A DNA stretch of 64,000 nt from Takakia lepidozioides (Eukaryota > Plantae > Bryophyta): NCBI GenBank assembly GCA_030704615.1, contig CM060733.1, positions 70,866,001 to 70,930,000 on the forward strand. Reading direction: 5' to 3'. Positions within the stretch are counted from its first letter, which is position 1. Every line of letters starts with the position of its first letter. Position numbers and translations under genes: made by a program. Positions 50,427 to 61,170 of the stretch are shown one piece after another. Under the pieces are notes generated by a model that saw only the letters and a list, made by a program, of their open reading frames with translations, was not told where the DNA came from and searched no databases.

Positions 50427-53034
50427 GTGACACCAGAGTCTATTGCTCTGGATGGAGAAAGGTTGGACATTCCTACTACAGAGCAGGTTGTGGCAGAAAT
50501 TGAGAAGGGTGACCTTCTCTATGAAAACTCTCGCTTGGTAAAGGAATCAGTGGTTCCAGAGGTGCTGAGTCTGTCCAGGGAAATCCCTACTGAGCATGTA
50601 ATATCCAAACCTGTGACGGAGGTACCAGGGGTATAATGCAAGGACACTGCAGCACCTGTGGAGGAAGAGGTCGTTCAGGAAGAAGATCTGGTGAGACAAT
50701 GGCCTGAATGGTTGGTGCAACATCACACTGTGGAGGATCAGGGAGAACAGCAACAAGTTCACCATGAAGACCCACAGCAGGCCATGCTTATGAATTCCAT
50801 AAGCATGACACTCAATTTGTTGGGTACTTACGTGAAATCCCATGTTCCATCTACACAATTGGCAGCTTTGAGGGAAGAACTCAGGAAGAAGTTTGAGACT
50901 AGACCTGCCACCGAGTGTGCAAACAAGGTGGATATGGAGGCCAACCTCAAGTTGCAAAAAGAATTGGAGGACACAAAGGCTGCCTTGCAGATGGCTCAGG
51001 GAGATTTGATTGAAGCAGGTCTCGAGCAGGACAAATTGCATGAAGCACATAAGCAACAGTTATACCAATTGCAGGTGAAGCATGAGGGCAAGTTGTAGGA
51101 AGTGAACGTGCTACATACAGAGTTGGAGGTAGTTCATCATAGAATGACCATACAGTGTGCCACACTTACAACTGCTCTGGAGTAAACTGCATTAGAAGTT
51201 AACAGACAAGGGAAGAGATGTATGATGGCAGAAGCTGAGATAATAGAGCAAGGGAAACTCATTGTTGATTTAAAGGCTACAATCTGTCGCAATGAGAATA
51301 CTTTCAAACAGTACAGTCAGGTTGAGGCTGACCAGGAGAGGTACATCCTGGAGTTGCAGCAAACAGTCATGGTCAATATAAATGAACTTTCTGTGGCTAA
51401 CAAGGCTTGGAATGAAGCCAATAATCTGGCTACTGCCTCTGCGGGCCTGGTTGAACCTCATGCGAAGCGCATAGAGGCTTTACAGCAGCAGTTAGATGTG
51501 TACAGACTCAAGGAGGAGCAGACTCTCAGGGGTGCCACACATGACTTGGTGGATAATCACCTTATGCAGGTATGGTTAACACAAGGGCCGGTAGAAGGCA
51601 AAGCACCAAGGAAGCTTACCCAGGGCGAGATGAATGATCTCAGGTTGCAGGTGCAGAACATTGCCATAATTACTATAGACAATGTCTATAGTAGGATAGC
51701 GGAGTTACAGGATGATGTGGAAGGCCTATAGACTCAAGTGGATGACCTGAGTTCAAATATTGACAAGAGAGTCTTTGTTCCTGAGGAGCAGCTGATGGCT
51801 ACTTATTTGTATGCCAGGACTCTAATTTTTCAGTCTTCTTCGCAGGGGGTGCAGGAGATGCCAGTGGTAGAAGGGCCAGTGGTGCCAATACCACAGCAGG
51901 TGCCTGTGCGGGTAGCTGACCCTGTTGCTACTACAACAAAACCACAGCCTGAGGTATGGGGGGATGCTGCTTTTAACCCACCTAGGACTCCTGCTGCACG
52001 GAAGTACAGTCGGGCTATGATTATGCCCTTCAACCAAATTCCCATTGTGTTGGATTTGGTTTGGAAGGAATTTAGTCCGCCACAGTCGTTGGCACATTAC
52101 TACCAGATCATGCGCATTTGGTTGCCAGTGGCAACTCGGACTAAGGTTCTTCCGAACAATCAACCCATTGAGGATCATCACTTTACAAGGTACTGGTCTG
52201 AGGCAGGCACCATGCTGAACGAATTAATTGCCTTCCAGGTTGTACATGGGTACATCTATACCAAGACCAAGGAGGTATCTAGTATTGTCATGGGTTGTGG
52301 ATTATACTATGCTGCTTGCTTCATGGCACGTTATCACATTGAGCAGCAGAAGATGCAATCACGATTTCTGAGTTATTCCAGTGGGGATCATTGGGTCTTA
52401 CCTTCAGTGCCACCTCATATGTACCTGTATGATGCGAAAGTTATGATGCAGAAGGATTCTCAACTTCGTTCATGGTTTAATTTGGCTTGGAACAACTTGG
52501 CAACAGGGAAATTCGGCCCTGATGATATTTTCTTTAAGGGACATGAAGCCTGGAAATACTTACACTGTTCCAAAGTCATTGGCACACCTCTCACCTATAC
52601 GGCTAAGGAGTTCAGGGCGTTCACTCATTTTGCTTGCACGTGCTTACAACAAGTAGTACAGTTTAAGCTTCCAGACATGGTGGGCCAACATTGTATGCCA
52701 CGCAGGATTCCGGAGAAGCCACTTAAAGTTCGGCCGTTAAAACACCTAAGGGGGGACAATGATTCTGATACTACCGGTTCTTCAGAGGACTCTTTTGACA
52801 TGGGAGAGGACTATGCACTTCAGATGGCAGAGAAAAAATGACGGGGATCTCCTATGCCTGAGAGGTTACCTCGTTATCAGCCACAGGAGGGTCAGACATT
52901 TCCAGGTAGTGCTCAATCGCCTCCATCAGCCAGTGACAGGGCTCGGGCTCGCACACAGAGTCCTTCACGAGACTCTCACCGTCAGAAGGGTGCTCGCTCA
53001 CAAAGGTTTGCTGATCCTAAACAGTAAACCGTGA
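50427..53034 (+). pseudogene. Accessory ORF of unknown function immediately upstream of the family B 3' LTR (coiled-coil-like N-terminal half)
   Basis: ORFs at 50427, 50658, 51222 and 51738 share one reading frame and are separated by stops. They are followed by the PPT GAGAGGGGGAGGGG. Confidence 0.6.
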
Positions 53035-53065
53035 GGACACGGCTTTTTGAGAGGGGGAGGGGTAA

Positions 53066-54002
53066 TGTTAGAAGGATGCTTGGGACTTAGACGCTTTTAC
53101 GGGTTCTGTGGGGTACCCTTAATTTTTGCGCAGACTTACGGATGGTAGACTGAGACCAACAGGAGCCTTAGGGGTGGCAGGCGCAGGCTTAGGGGGGGTA
53201 CACAGCCCGACACAGCTTCGCACAGCCAGTCACAGCCAGTCACAGCCCGTCACAGTCTGACACAGCCCGACACAGCTTCGCACAGCCAGTCACAGCCCGA
53301 CACAGCTTTACACAGCTAGTCACAGCCCGACACAGCCTTACACAGCCAGTCACAGCTCGGCACAACCTATCATAGCGTACATGGGGAACGGTTACCATTG
53401 ACAGGGAACGACTGTGTGGGAACGACATCTGCAGAGGGAACGTGTTACTTCAGGGATGACGGTTAGTTAGTTAGGTGGTTAGAACAGCTTGCGGGTAGAT
53501 AAGGCAGGGCGGCAATAGGAAGGGGATCACTTCTTGAGGGGCGCGACTTGGTCAGGGAAGGAGGAGACGAAACGGAGAGCGGAACAGTGAAGAGGAGATG
53601 ATGACTTGATTGGGGCTTAATTCATGCAAGCTGTAGAATCGTACAGTAGGGTAGATTAGGGACACCAAGGCATTGGCCTGATACTTGATTAATCTTAATC
53701 TGATACTTATTCGATACAATCATATTGTGTAGAGAGACATGAGAGAAGCTGTGGAATGAATGAATGATTGATTGGAACTTGGTAGATACTGAAGCAATCT
53801 GATGCTTCAGTATACACAGTAAGGTAAATTAATAACATGAAGGCAAGAAGGAATACAAATAGGAAGCACAACCATGATTCACTAGCTGTAGGTCATGACT
53901 GATTGTTCTAAGCGGGCTGAGTGCTTAGAGATATCCAACTCTTCTATCTTGGAGTTTCCACCTCGGATAGCGAAGGGATGGGTGAGTAAAAGCCGCTCGA
54001 CA
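53066..54002 (+). repeat. 3' LTR of family B with an internal 10-bp tandem array (CACAGCCCGA/CACAGCCAGT, 53201-53365)
   Basis: TGTTAG...CTCGACA ends, preceded by a PPT at 53049-53062. Homologous to 29147-29948. Confidence 0.85.
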
Positions 54003-54099
54003 GCCCCACCTCTTCCCCTCCCCAAATTGCCAACTCTGTGCTAACACCCATTCGGCCCGCGACACCTGGCCCCACCTGCTTAGCCAATGCACACAGGAG

Positions 54100-55482
54100 A
54101 AGTATGTGATTTGAGCTGTCTTTTGTTAGTGATAATAGCAGTGAGGGAACGAATCGCAGTCAGGTGGATAGCTTTAAAACATTTGTGTATAGGGGAGAAG
54201 GGGATTTTGAAGTTGTTGTGGAGGGCAGAAATACTAGCGGTGTGGATGCCACCTCTAGTGCCAGCAGAGATGACTGTGAGGGGCCGGTGACCCAACCCCG
54301 GTGGCGGATGGCTGAGATGAGCGGTGCGTATTTTTGGCATTTTTCTAATGTGGAGGGGCCAGGATAGCGGTCATTACAGTATGTAAATTCAATGAAGTGT
54401 ATGATAAGTTCAGGGGATGGAGTGTCAGGTGGTGCGTTTATGGGCAGCCCTTGTACAAGGAGTATGTCAGGGCAGAGTCTAGCGGGACATGAGACGTAGG
54501 TCGAACAGGTTCTGCACGAACATGGTAGGAGCCAGGGGGGTACAGTATGGTCCGGGGGCCGGCCCTAATAGGTCCCAGCATTGATGAGAGAAAACCAGTG
54601 TGTTTCAGGTCTATTGAGGAGCAGCTTATGGATATGCCAAACAACATGATTATGACGGGTAACATGAAGGCCATGGATGACTGGGTGCGTGCATTGACTA
54701 AGTAGATGAGGCCAGGTGTCACGGGCCTGGTGGGTGTTAGCACAAAATGGGCATTCTGGGGAGGGATAGAGACGCGGCCAGAAAATGTGCTTGCGCTGGT
54801 GGCCCATGTATTGGGCATATCAAAATTTAAGGATTTGCCTTATTTGGGCATCCATGGCAAGATTAGTATGCCAGAAATGATTAGATAATTTGTGGTGTAG
54901 AACCTCAGATTGTGTCCATTTCTGGACGTGTCATTTAGTGTGGCTGGCTGAGTTCGAGGCTTGTTTGTGGGCTTCACGTGTAAGGGTAGTGGTCAAGTTG
55001 CGGATAGGACGGTGCTCCATGGGGCCAGGGACGGGGTGGATGAACTAGAATGGGTGAGTAAGGGCAACGTGAATAGGGTCTAACGAGGGGTTCACCTCAG
55101 GGCATGTGGCCCCTCGTTGGGCGAAGAGGTCCGCCATTTTGTTACGAGTGATGCCAGTATGTGAGCGGACTTTGATGAAGTGGATGGGTTGGTTTATGGA
55201 TATGGCAAGATGAGCAATAGCAGAGATGAGGTTTCGGTCGGAGTGGTGGTGGTGGGAGGAAGGTCGAGAGAGGTGGTTACGGATAAGGTAGAGTGAAGTC
55301 AGACTGTCTGTGAAGATGTAGTGGGGTGGGGAGAATGAAGAGAGATGGGTGAGGGCGTCGTGTATGGCCATGAGCTCAGCACGGAGGATGGTGGCTGGGC
55401 CAGGGAGGCGAAAGGCAATGCCTTGGTCAGTAGCAGCGTGGTATGACTGTGATCCGGCCCACAACCTAACCTTCCTCACCAC
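54100..55482 (-). mobile_element. 3' part of a non-LTR retrotransposon with RNase H, zinc finger and restriction-like endonuclease (Dualen/RandI-like architecture)
   Basis: RNase H motifs RAELMAI, IFTDSL and KVRSH.GI.RN..AD. Then CPFC..DTWPH..RHN and RL.PDILLV...IEFTYCNDR...K..KY. Confidence 0.8.
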
Positions 55483-55489
55483 TTTTCAC

Positions 55490-56087
55490 AAAACCACCAA
55501 CACTAACTACCTAGCCTATATCCACCAGCAACACACTTCCACACCCCAACCAATAGACTCCCGATATCGTATATGTTTATACCCCCCTAATTGCCCCGAC
55601 AGTTCATGTGTGCATTACAGAGTGTAATCCTGACAAAGACATCCTCTGCACTTCCCCCACAATCCGCTTAGGGAAAAGCCTGTCCAAACTCTATGCCTCC
55701 CATGGCCACTTTATAGGCCTCATCCCGAACGACAGACTCACCTGGTTGTGGCATAGATTCTCAACCTCAAACCCGCCACCCAACCAGGTCACGCCAGCAC
55801 GGCAGGACTTTGCTACAGAGGTCTGCTGGCTAGTAGACCGCTATTTGGCTGACACCCCCCCAAAAAAGCCTCGTTCCCTTCTAAAGCTAACACAAGCTCA
55901 ATCTCATGCTACCCTCCCCCCTGAATCCTTGCATTTCTCATAGATTCTTTCCACATTACGCATTCATACTATTCTAGTCTGCTCACATGCCCTATGATGC
56001 TCTCCTCATTCTCTAGTCCGCACCCCCGGGACTGCCTATTTGGAGCCTTAGGCTCGGCATCCCAGCACACCTGGTCTAGTCGTGGCT

Positions 56088-56119
<32 letters not shown>

Positions 56120-56670
56120 GGGTTCTTCTATGCAAGACGCTCTACAGTGGGCACGCCTTGCGGCCCAAACCTCCCCCTCCGCCGCTACCATCCTTCTTCT
56201 GACGAACCAACAAATGCCAAATGGCCCTCACCCTCTACTTCAACTACCCTCTGCAATAACGCCCCTAGCTGCTATCGACCCGGGTAAGCTCCAACTCTCC
56301 CGTACCCCGCCCCTCCCCACATACCTTAAACACAGTGAACCCACCCTGACACTCATATTACTTGTACATCGTCCTACCATCACCACCATCATACCCACTG
56401 ATTTCTCGACCCGCCTTACTCACCTTCTTGCAAATACACATAACATGAAGGTCACCGCTTTCCCTTGAGTCTGGCAGGGCAAGTGCAGGGATGGGGTGAT
56501 CGGCAGGAGCATGGTAGAAGCCATGAGGGTTCAGTGTGGTCAGGGGGCCTGCCCTGGTAGGTCCCAACATTGATGAGTGAGAACCATTGAGTTTCAGACC
56601 GGCGTAAGAGAAGCTTATGGATGTGCCAGACGGCATGGTTATGTCGAGTGACATGAAGGCCATGAATGAC
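55490..56670. mobile_element. Rearranged pieces: a plus-strand coding remnant and a second minus-strand copy of the RHN/PWLLPCSC region (~56465-56670)
   Basis: 56465-56670 is clearly similar to 54475-54680. 55490-56465 is a degenerate ORF remnant of uncertain origin. Confidence 0.6.
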
Positions 56671-59600
56671 GACCCTTTGTCTCAGATCCTCGCTTTGCTG
56701 GCAAAATGGGTTCCCAGGTTGCTTACTCACTTGTCTTCTCCCTTGAGTCTTCTAGTTAGAGATAACGTTATCACGACTTCTCCTGTGCCGGGTCCATGGC
56801 CTGAGTCCCTCAGGTGGATAATGCAAGGGACCATGGGCGGCTTGGCTGTGAGTTAGGTCCCTGCTGTTTCAAACTTACCCTTCAATGAGAGAAGAGGCGC
56901 TTCGCAGCCAATCTTCGGTAACTATAACTCTGACTCGCAGGCCCTCATACAATGTGCTTTGAAATGGGCGTGTTGGGAGCAGGCTGGGATCTCTCACTTC
57001 TGTGACATTTGGGCATCTGGTTCTGTTCTTCCCAAGCCCTTGGCGTCTGCTTGTTTTTCTTCTAGAAGAGCGAACGCTTGGGACTCAATTGTGGGAGAAA
57101 TCCCTCCTCTTTGGTTATCCTTACAATGTTCTTACCCAATGGACCTCCGTTCGCTTCCAGTATGGCTTGGTGGACAGTGACATGACTCTTCTTGTTTTGC
57201 TTTCTACGCTATTTCCTGTGTCAAGTTAAATAAGCACAGTGTGAAACTAACTAGAATAAAACTAGTTATTTGTATTTAACACTTGGATTTGGTTCAAGTG
57301 TTAAGTCAGGTGTCAAGTTTGAGCTTGACACCTGAACTATCTTATCTTCACGAGAGCGGCAGTCGCGCAGCTCATCTCTCTCGAGTTGAGCCTGCGCGAC
57401 CGAGCTCCTGCATCGTTTAGGATTGAGAGTGCTTATGATGGGAGTGTAGGTTGTTGTGGGGTGGAGTCCCCATAGCTTGGGGTGCCCCTGGCTCGACTAC
57501 TATTTCAAAGAGTGATGGTTTTGGTTTTCATGTTTTGTGTCAACAGTGTGTTCTTTGGTTTTCTTATCACTCGAGAAAGATGAGCTTGCATCTGTGAGTG
57601 CCAGAGGTGAGTTTAGTTTTAGCACTTGTGGTTTTTTGTTTTAAAAGTGAGAGAAGCGATTTGTTGAAAGAAGGTGAGCAATGCTTGGAAGAATGTGCAA
57701 GTGCAGGTGGGGTGAGACGATGCCATCTGTTTGTTTTTTGATGATTTGAGCCTATGAGGAGAGGCGGAGCTGCCGCTCTACTTGTGATCACCACTTAGCA
57801 ACTTATGAACTCACAGGGGAAAACAGCTTGCTGGGGTGCGGCTATAGACACTGTGCCGTCATTGGCATTCATGATTACGATTGTACAAGGCAGGGCCTGC
57901 GGGAGAAGTAGTTTGCTGCCAGATGATGGGCAGGAATTACGTTGATGACTTCGCAGTGTGATATCCTACGCAACTAACAGACTGAGGGCCGAGCAAAGCA
58001 ATCTGCTTATGACGATTAGAGATCCAGCTATCGTGAGCACGTAGCAGAACCTGACCTGGCCTTCTCGACATCGGCTACGAGTAGGAGCTAGAGAAAAGAC
58101 AAGCATATAAGATCATGGTGGCAAAGAAAGCGGATGCCTCCCAACTATGGATCCTCCAATGCTGGCTGGACTTCCCAGCCGATGGTGAACTATGCGAAGA
58201 TGCGTGGCGAAGGAGAGAATGCTGGTGTCTGTGACTACATTGTGATTACATTGCAGTAGGCACGGCTGGAGGAGGGTGTTGATTCTCCTTTTTACATGTC
58301 AAAGTCTACTTCATATCAGACGAAGCTGAGGCTGTCCTCGCGTTTCAGGGCAGGGTTGGTCTCACCTTGAGGGAGGTGTTGGAAGCCGTCTTTGACACGA
58401 AATCTGAACTGTGTACGGGCCATACGTTGGCACCGATATTCCACCGATACTTCAACATTCCAAAAGGATTTCAACACCAAAGGGAGCACAAAAGTGCCTT
58501 ATGTGAAATTCTGCAAGTGTTGGAAGAAGAGGCAGAAGAGGTACACAGATTCGAAGAATGAAGCAAGGCATCCGCACCATACAGTGGGTTTCAAAAAGGA
58601 AATCAAGATTCGGTGGGCTATCTTTGCATCAAGCTTTGTGGGTCGACTTCCACAGGGGCTGTCAATGAAACAGCTTGCACATCTGAAGAAGGGCCCTGCA
58701 CATCAGTCTGCATTCAGTGGATCTCAAAGAGTGGATGGTGTAGTGCGTTCTCAGGAGTTGAAGGAGCTTTTCTCAACAGCCGCCGCCAATCATGCAGTTC
58801 TGGTGGTTCTGACAATGAAAGAGAGACACATGGATTGTTGCAATTTTGTGGCAGCCCATGGGAGGATCCAATCTATAAAAACGCTGCGGAGACAAATGCA
58901 GTGGGAGGGATCACTTTGAATGGTTTTCTTTCTAAGGGCAGGTTGAGAGAGTGTTGTGGTGTACTAGACTTCCAGGCATTCATTGCGTAGTGGAGCGCGC
59001 CAACCCCGCTCTCCTCCACAGGTGCTAGCAGTAGCTGCTGCATACCCTGAGGTCGCTCCCACTAGATGAGCCACTTCTCGGCGGCACACAGTTGGTGCAA
59101 CAGAGGAGGTTGCTCCATGCGAAATTGACCTGCTCTTGAGATCGCCAAAGAAGTGTAGCGAAGGGATAGCTGGCAGTTTCAGGGCGCGCAGCACTAATGG
59201 CACTAATGGCACTCAAAGTGTGCTCTTGCTAGCATTTGGAACGCTCTCTATGCCCACATCTACAACCAGCTTCAGCTCCCAGTCCACCCACATTTCTACA
59301 CCCTCCTCGCCATTTTTGGCCATCTGAGGAGCCTTGTTGCGACCAGTCCTAAAGGTAGTGTTGCCTCGTCCACCCTAACCTCCCGACAGCAGCAGCTCCT
59401 GCTTCCATGGAGTTCCAGCAGAACATCGCCATTCCTTCCGTCTTCCAAACGTCGTGGCCTTTGTGTTGACATTGGCTTCACTTGCTTTAACCTTGAAAAA
59501 AAAAAAAAAAAAAAAAAAAAACTATTATGAAGGTTTGAAGAAGGAGTCCAAGGAATTCTTAGGGAACCTGCAGTGAATCCCAATAGACGTGGGAACAGTT

Positions 59601-60005
59601 TTTAATGGTGAGAACGTTTTGGTGTTAAAAAAAAAAAAAAAAAAAAAACCTTTTGATCTAATTTAAAGGATTCAGAGCTTGGTTGGTCATATCTTTGTCA
59701 AATGAGCTCCGTTTGACTCAGTTCTTGAGGGGATAGCTACAGAAAGGGGAAATCTACCTATCTAGACCTGGTTTTTGTTTTTGGGACTCTGCTAAAAATC
59801 TATGGAATTTTTAGAGTGTGAGTGTGCCATGAAAGATCCACAATCCTGTCTCTAGAACCTGTGCTGGTCTATATGAGAGACAAATTGGTGGATGTACTCC
59901 TTGCATGGCTGGGGGAAATGAGGACGTAATTGAGGGCAGGTCTCTTCTCTTAGTCTGTGCACACAAGGGGACAGGATTTATGTTTCCCAAGGAACTCAGA
60001 CTGAT

Positions 60006-60653
60006 TTGAGTGGAGAACAGTTGGACGAGTTGATTGCATACTGGGAGTCAGGCATTAGCAGTAGACAACAGACTGCTGTAGTTGGCATTGAGGGCCTCAA
60101 TATCGCCTTGGACAATCAGAACTCTGTTGGAGCCAGCAGTTCTGCAGCTGTAGGTGAAATACCAAAGTGGGTGAAAGCTAGGCTTGGAACACAGCCAAAG
60201 ACAGCCCCGGGGACCAAGGTGTTCAGCCACAAGGCCGTGGTGTACTGGAGCAGAGGAGCAAGAGCTACACAAGTTTGTGCAATCAGACATGGTTGCAGCC
60301 GGATACGCTCTGCACAGGGCAACCACGAGCGGGGGTTCATCAGCAATGACATGTTTGTTGTGCGTGAAGGAGATGCAGTCATTCGCAATGAGGACACCCG
60401 CAACCGTCTCAAAGCTTTCGAGTTGAGAGACTATCAGACCCTACCTTTGTTTTCTTTAGTGTTCAGTGAGCGGGAGATAGGGGAGTATTGCTTTGTCTCT
60501 ACCTGGCAGAAAGAGGAGGAGGGTTGGTTAGAGCGAGCTACTGTAGCTTGGGACAAGGTTAGTGGCAGGTTTCTGGACATAGATATACCTCCTACACCTT
60601 ACCATCACGCAGAGCGAGGCACTTTGAGAGAAGTCTGGAAGTTGATAGCATAG
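60006..60653 (+). CDS. Uncharacterised 215-aa ORF upstream of gag (possible retrotransposon 5' accessory ORF)
   Basis: Uninterrupted frame with a non-ATG start, ~500 bp upstream of gag on the same strand. No recognised motif. Confidence 0.35.
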   Translation: MSGEQLDELIAYWESGISSRQQTAVVGIEGLNIALDNQNSVGASSSAAVGEIPKWVKARLGTQPKTAPGTKVFSHKAVVYWSRGARATQVCAIRHGCSRIRSAQGNHERGFISNDMFVVREGDAVIRNEDTRNRLKAFELRDYQTLPLFSLVFSEREIGEYCFVSTWQKEEEGWLERATVAWDKVSGRFLDIDIPPTPYHHAERGTLREVWKLIA

Positions 60654-61170
60654 ATCAGGATTAGATCTTGCTTGGGCGGGCTTCTATTCTTCCCTCCATC
60701 TCTGTACTATTTTCATTACCTTGTACTCGTAGTTGCCAAAGCCTCTCTTGGTGGAGGCCAGTCAGTCCGGGGTTTTGGGCTGGGATATTATGCAGGATCA
60801 GCATTGCAGCTGGATTTTGGTGTGGGGGTGTTGATGTTTTGATTTCTTGTGTTTGGATCCCCCCCAACACCTGCATGCTTGACTGTGCGCCATGTTGGTT
60901 TTGTGTGGGCGCTTGCTTTCATAGGGATTAGGCCGGATTTGATCACCGGTCAATCCTAGAGTATGCTGTCGGTGGTGAGGCTGGAGTGATGACCAGCAAG
61001 ACCACCAGTGTTTCTTCTATGGTGAGGCTGGGTTGATGACCAGCCAACCATAGGAGTTTTTGCGGTGGATGCAGGTGCAGGTGCCCTGAGCCATTGGATA
61101 TGACCCTTAAACTGCAACAGGTGCCCACCCGTGTCACTATTAGATTAGTACTAGAGCCTTATAGTGTCAC

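Noticed and set aside
29147-54002. Family B LTR pair as the two ends of one 25-kb element
   Set aside because: The copies are inverted, visibly diverged and have no matching TSD. Independent insertions are more likely.
56680-57200. Possible L1 ORF2 C-terminal remnant
   Set aside because: Only a vague resemblance with no diagnostic motif.
57800-59650. ORFs (for example 58392-58919) and poly(A) runs as a gene, retrocopy or LTR
   Set aside because: No recognisable motifs, TSD, partner LTR or convincing PBS.
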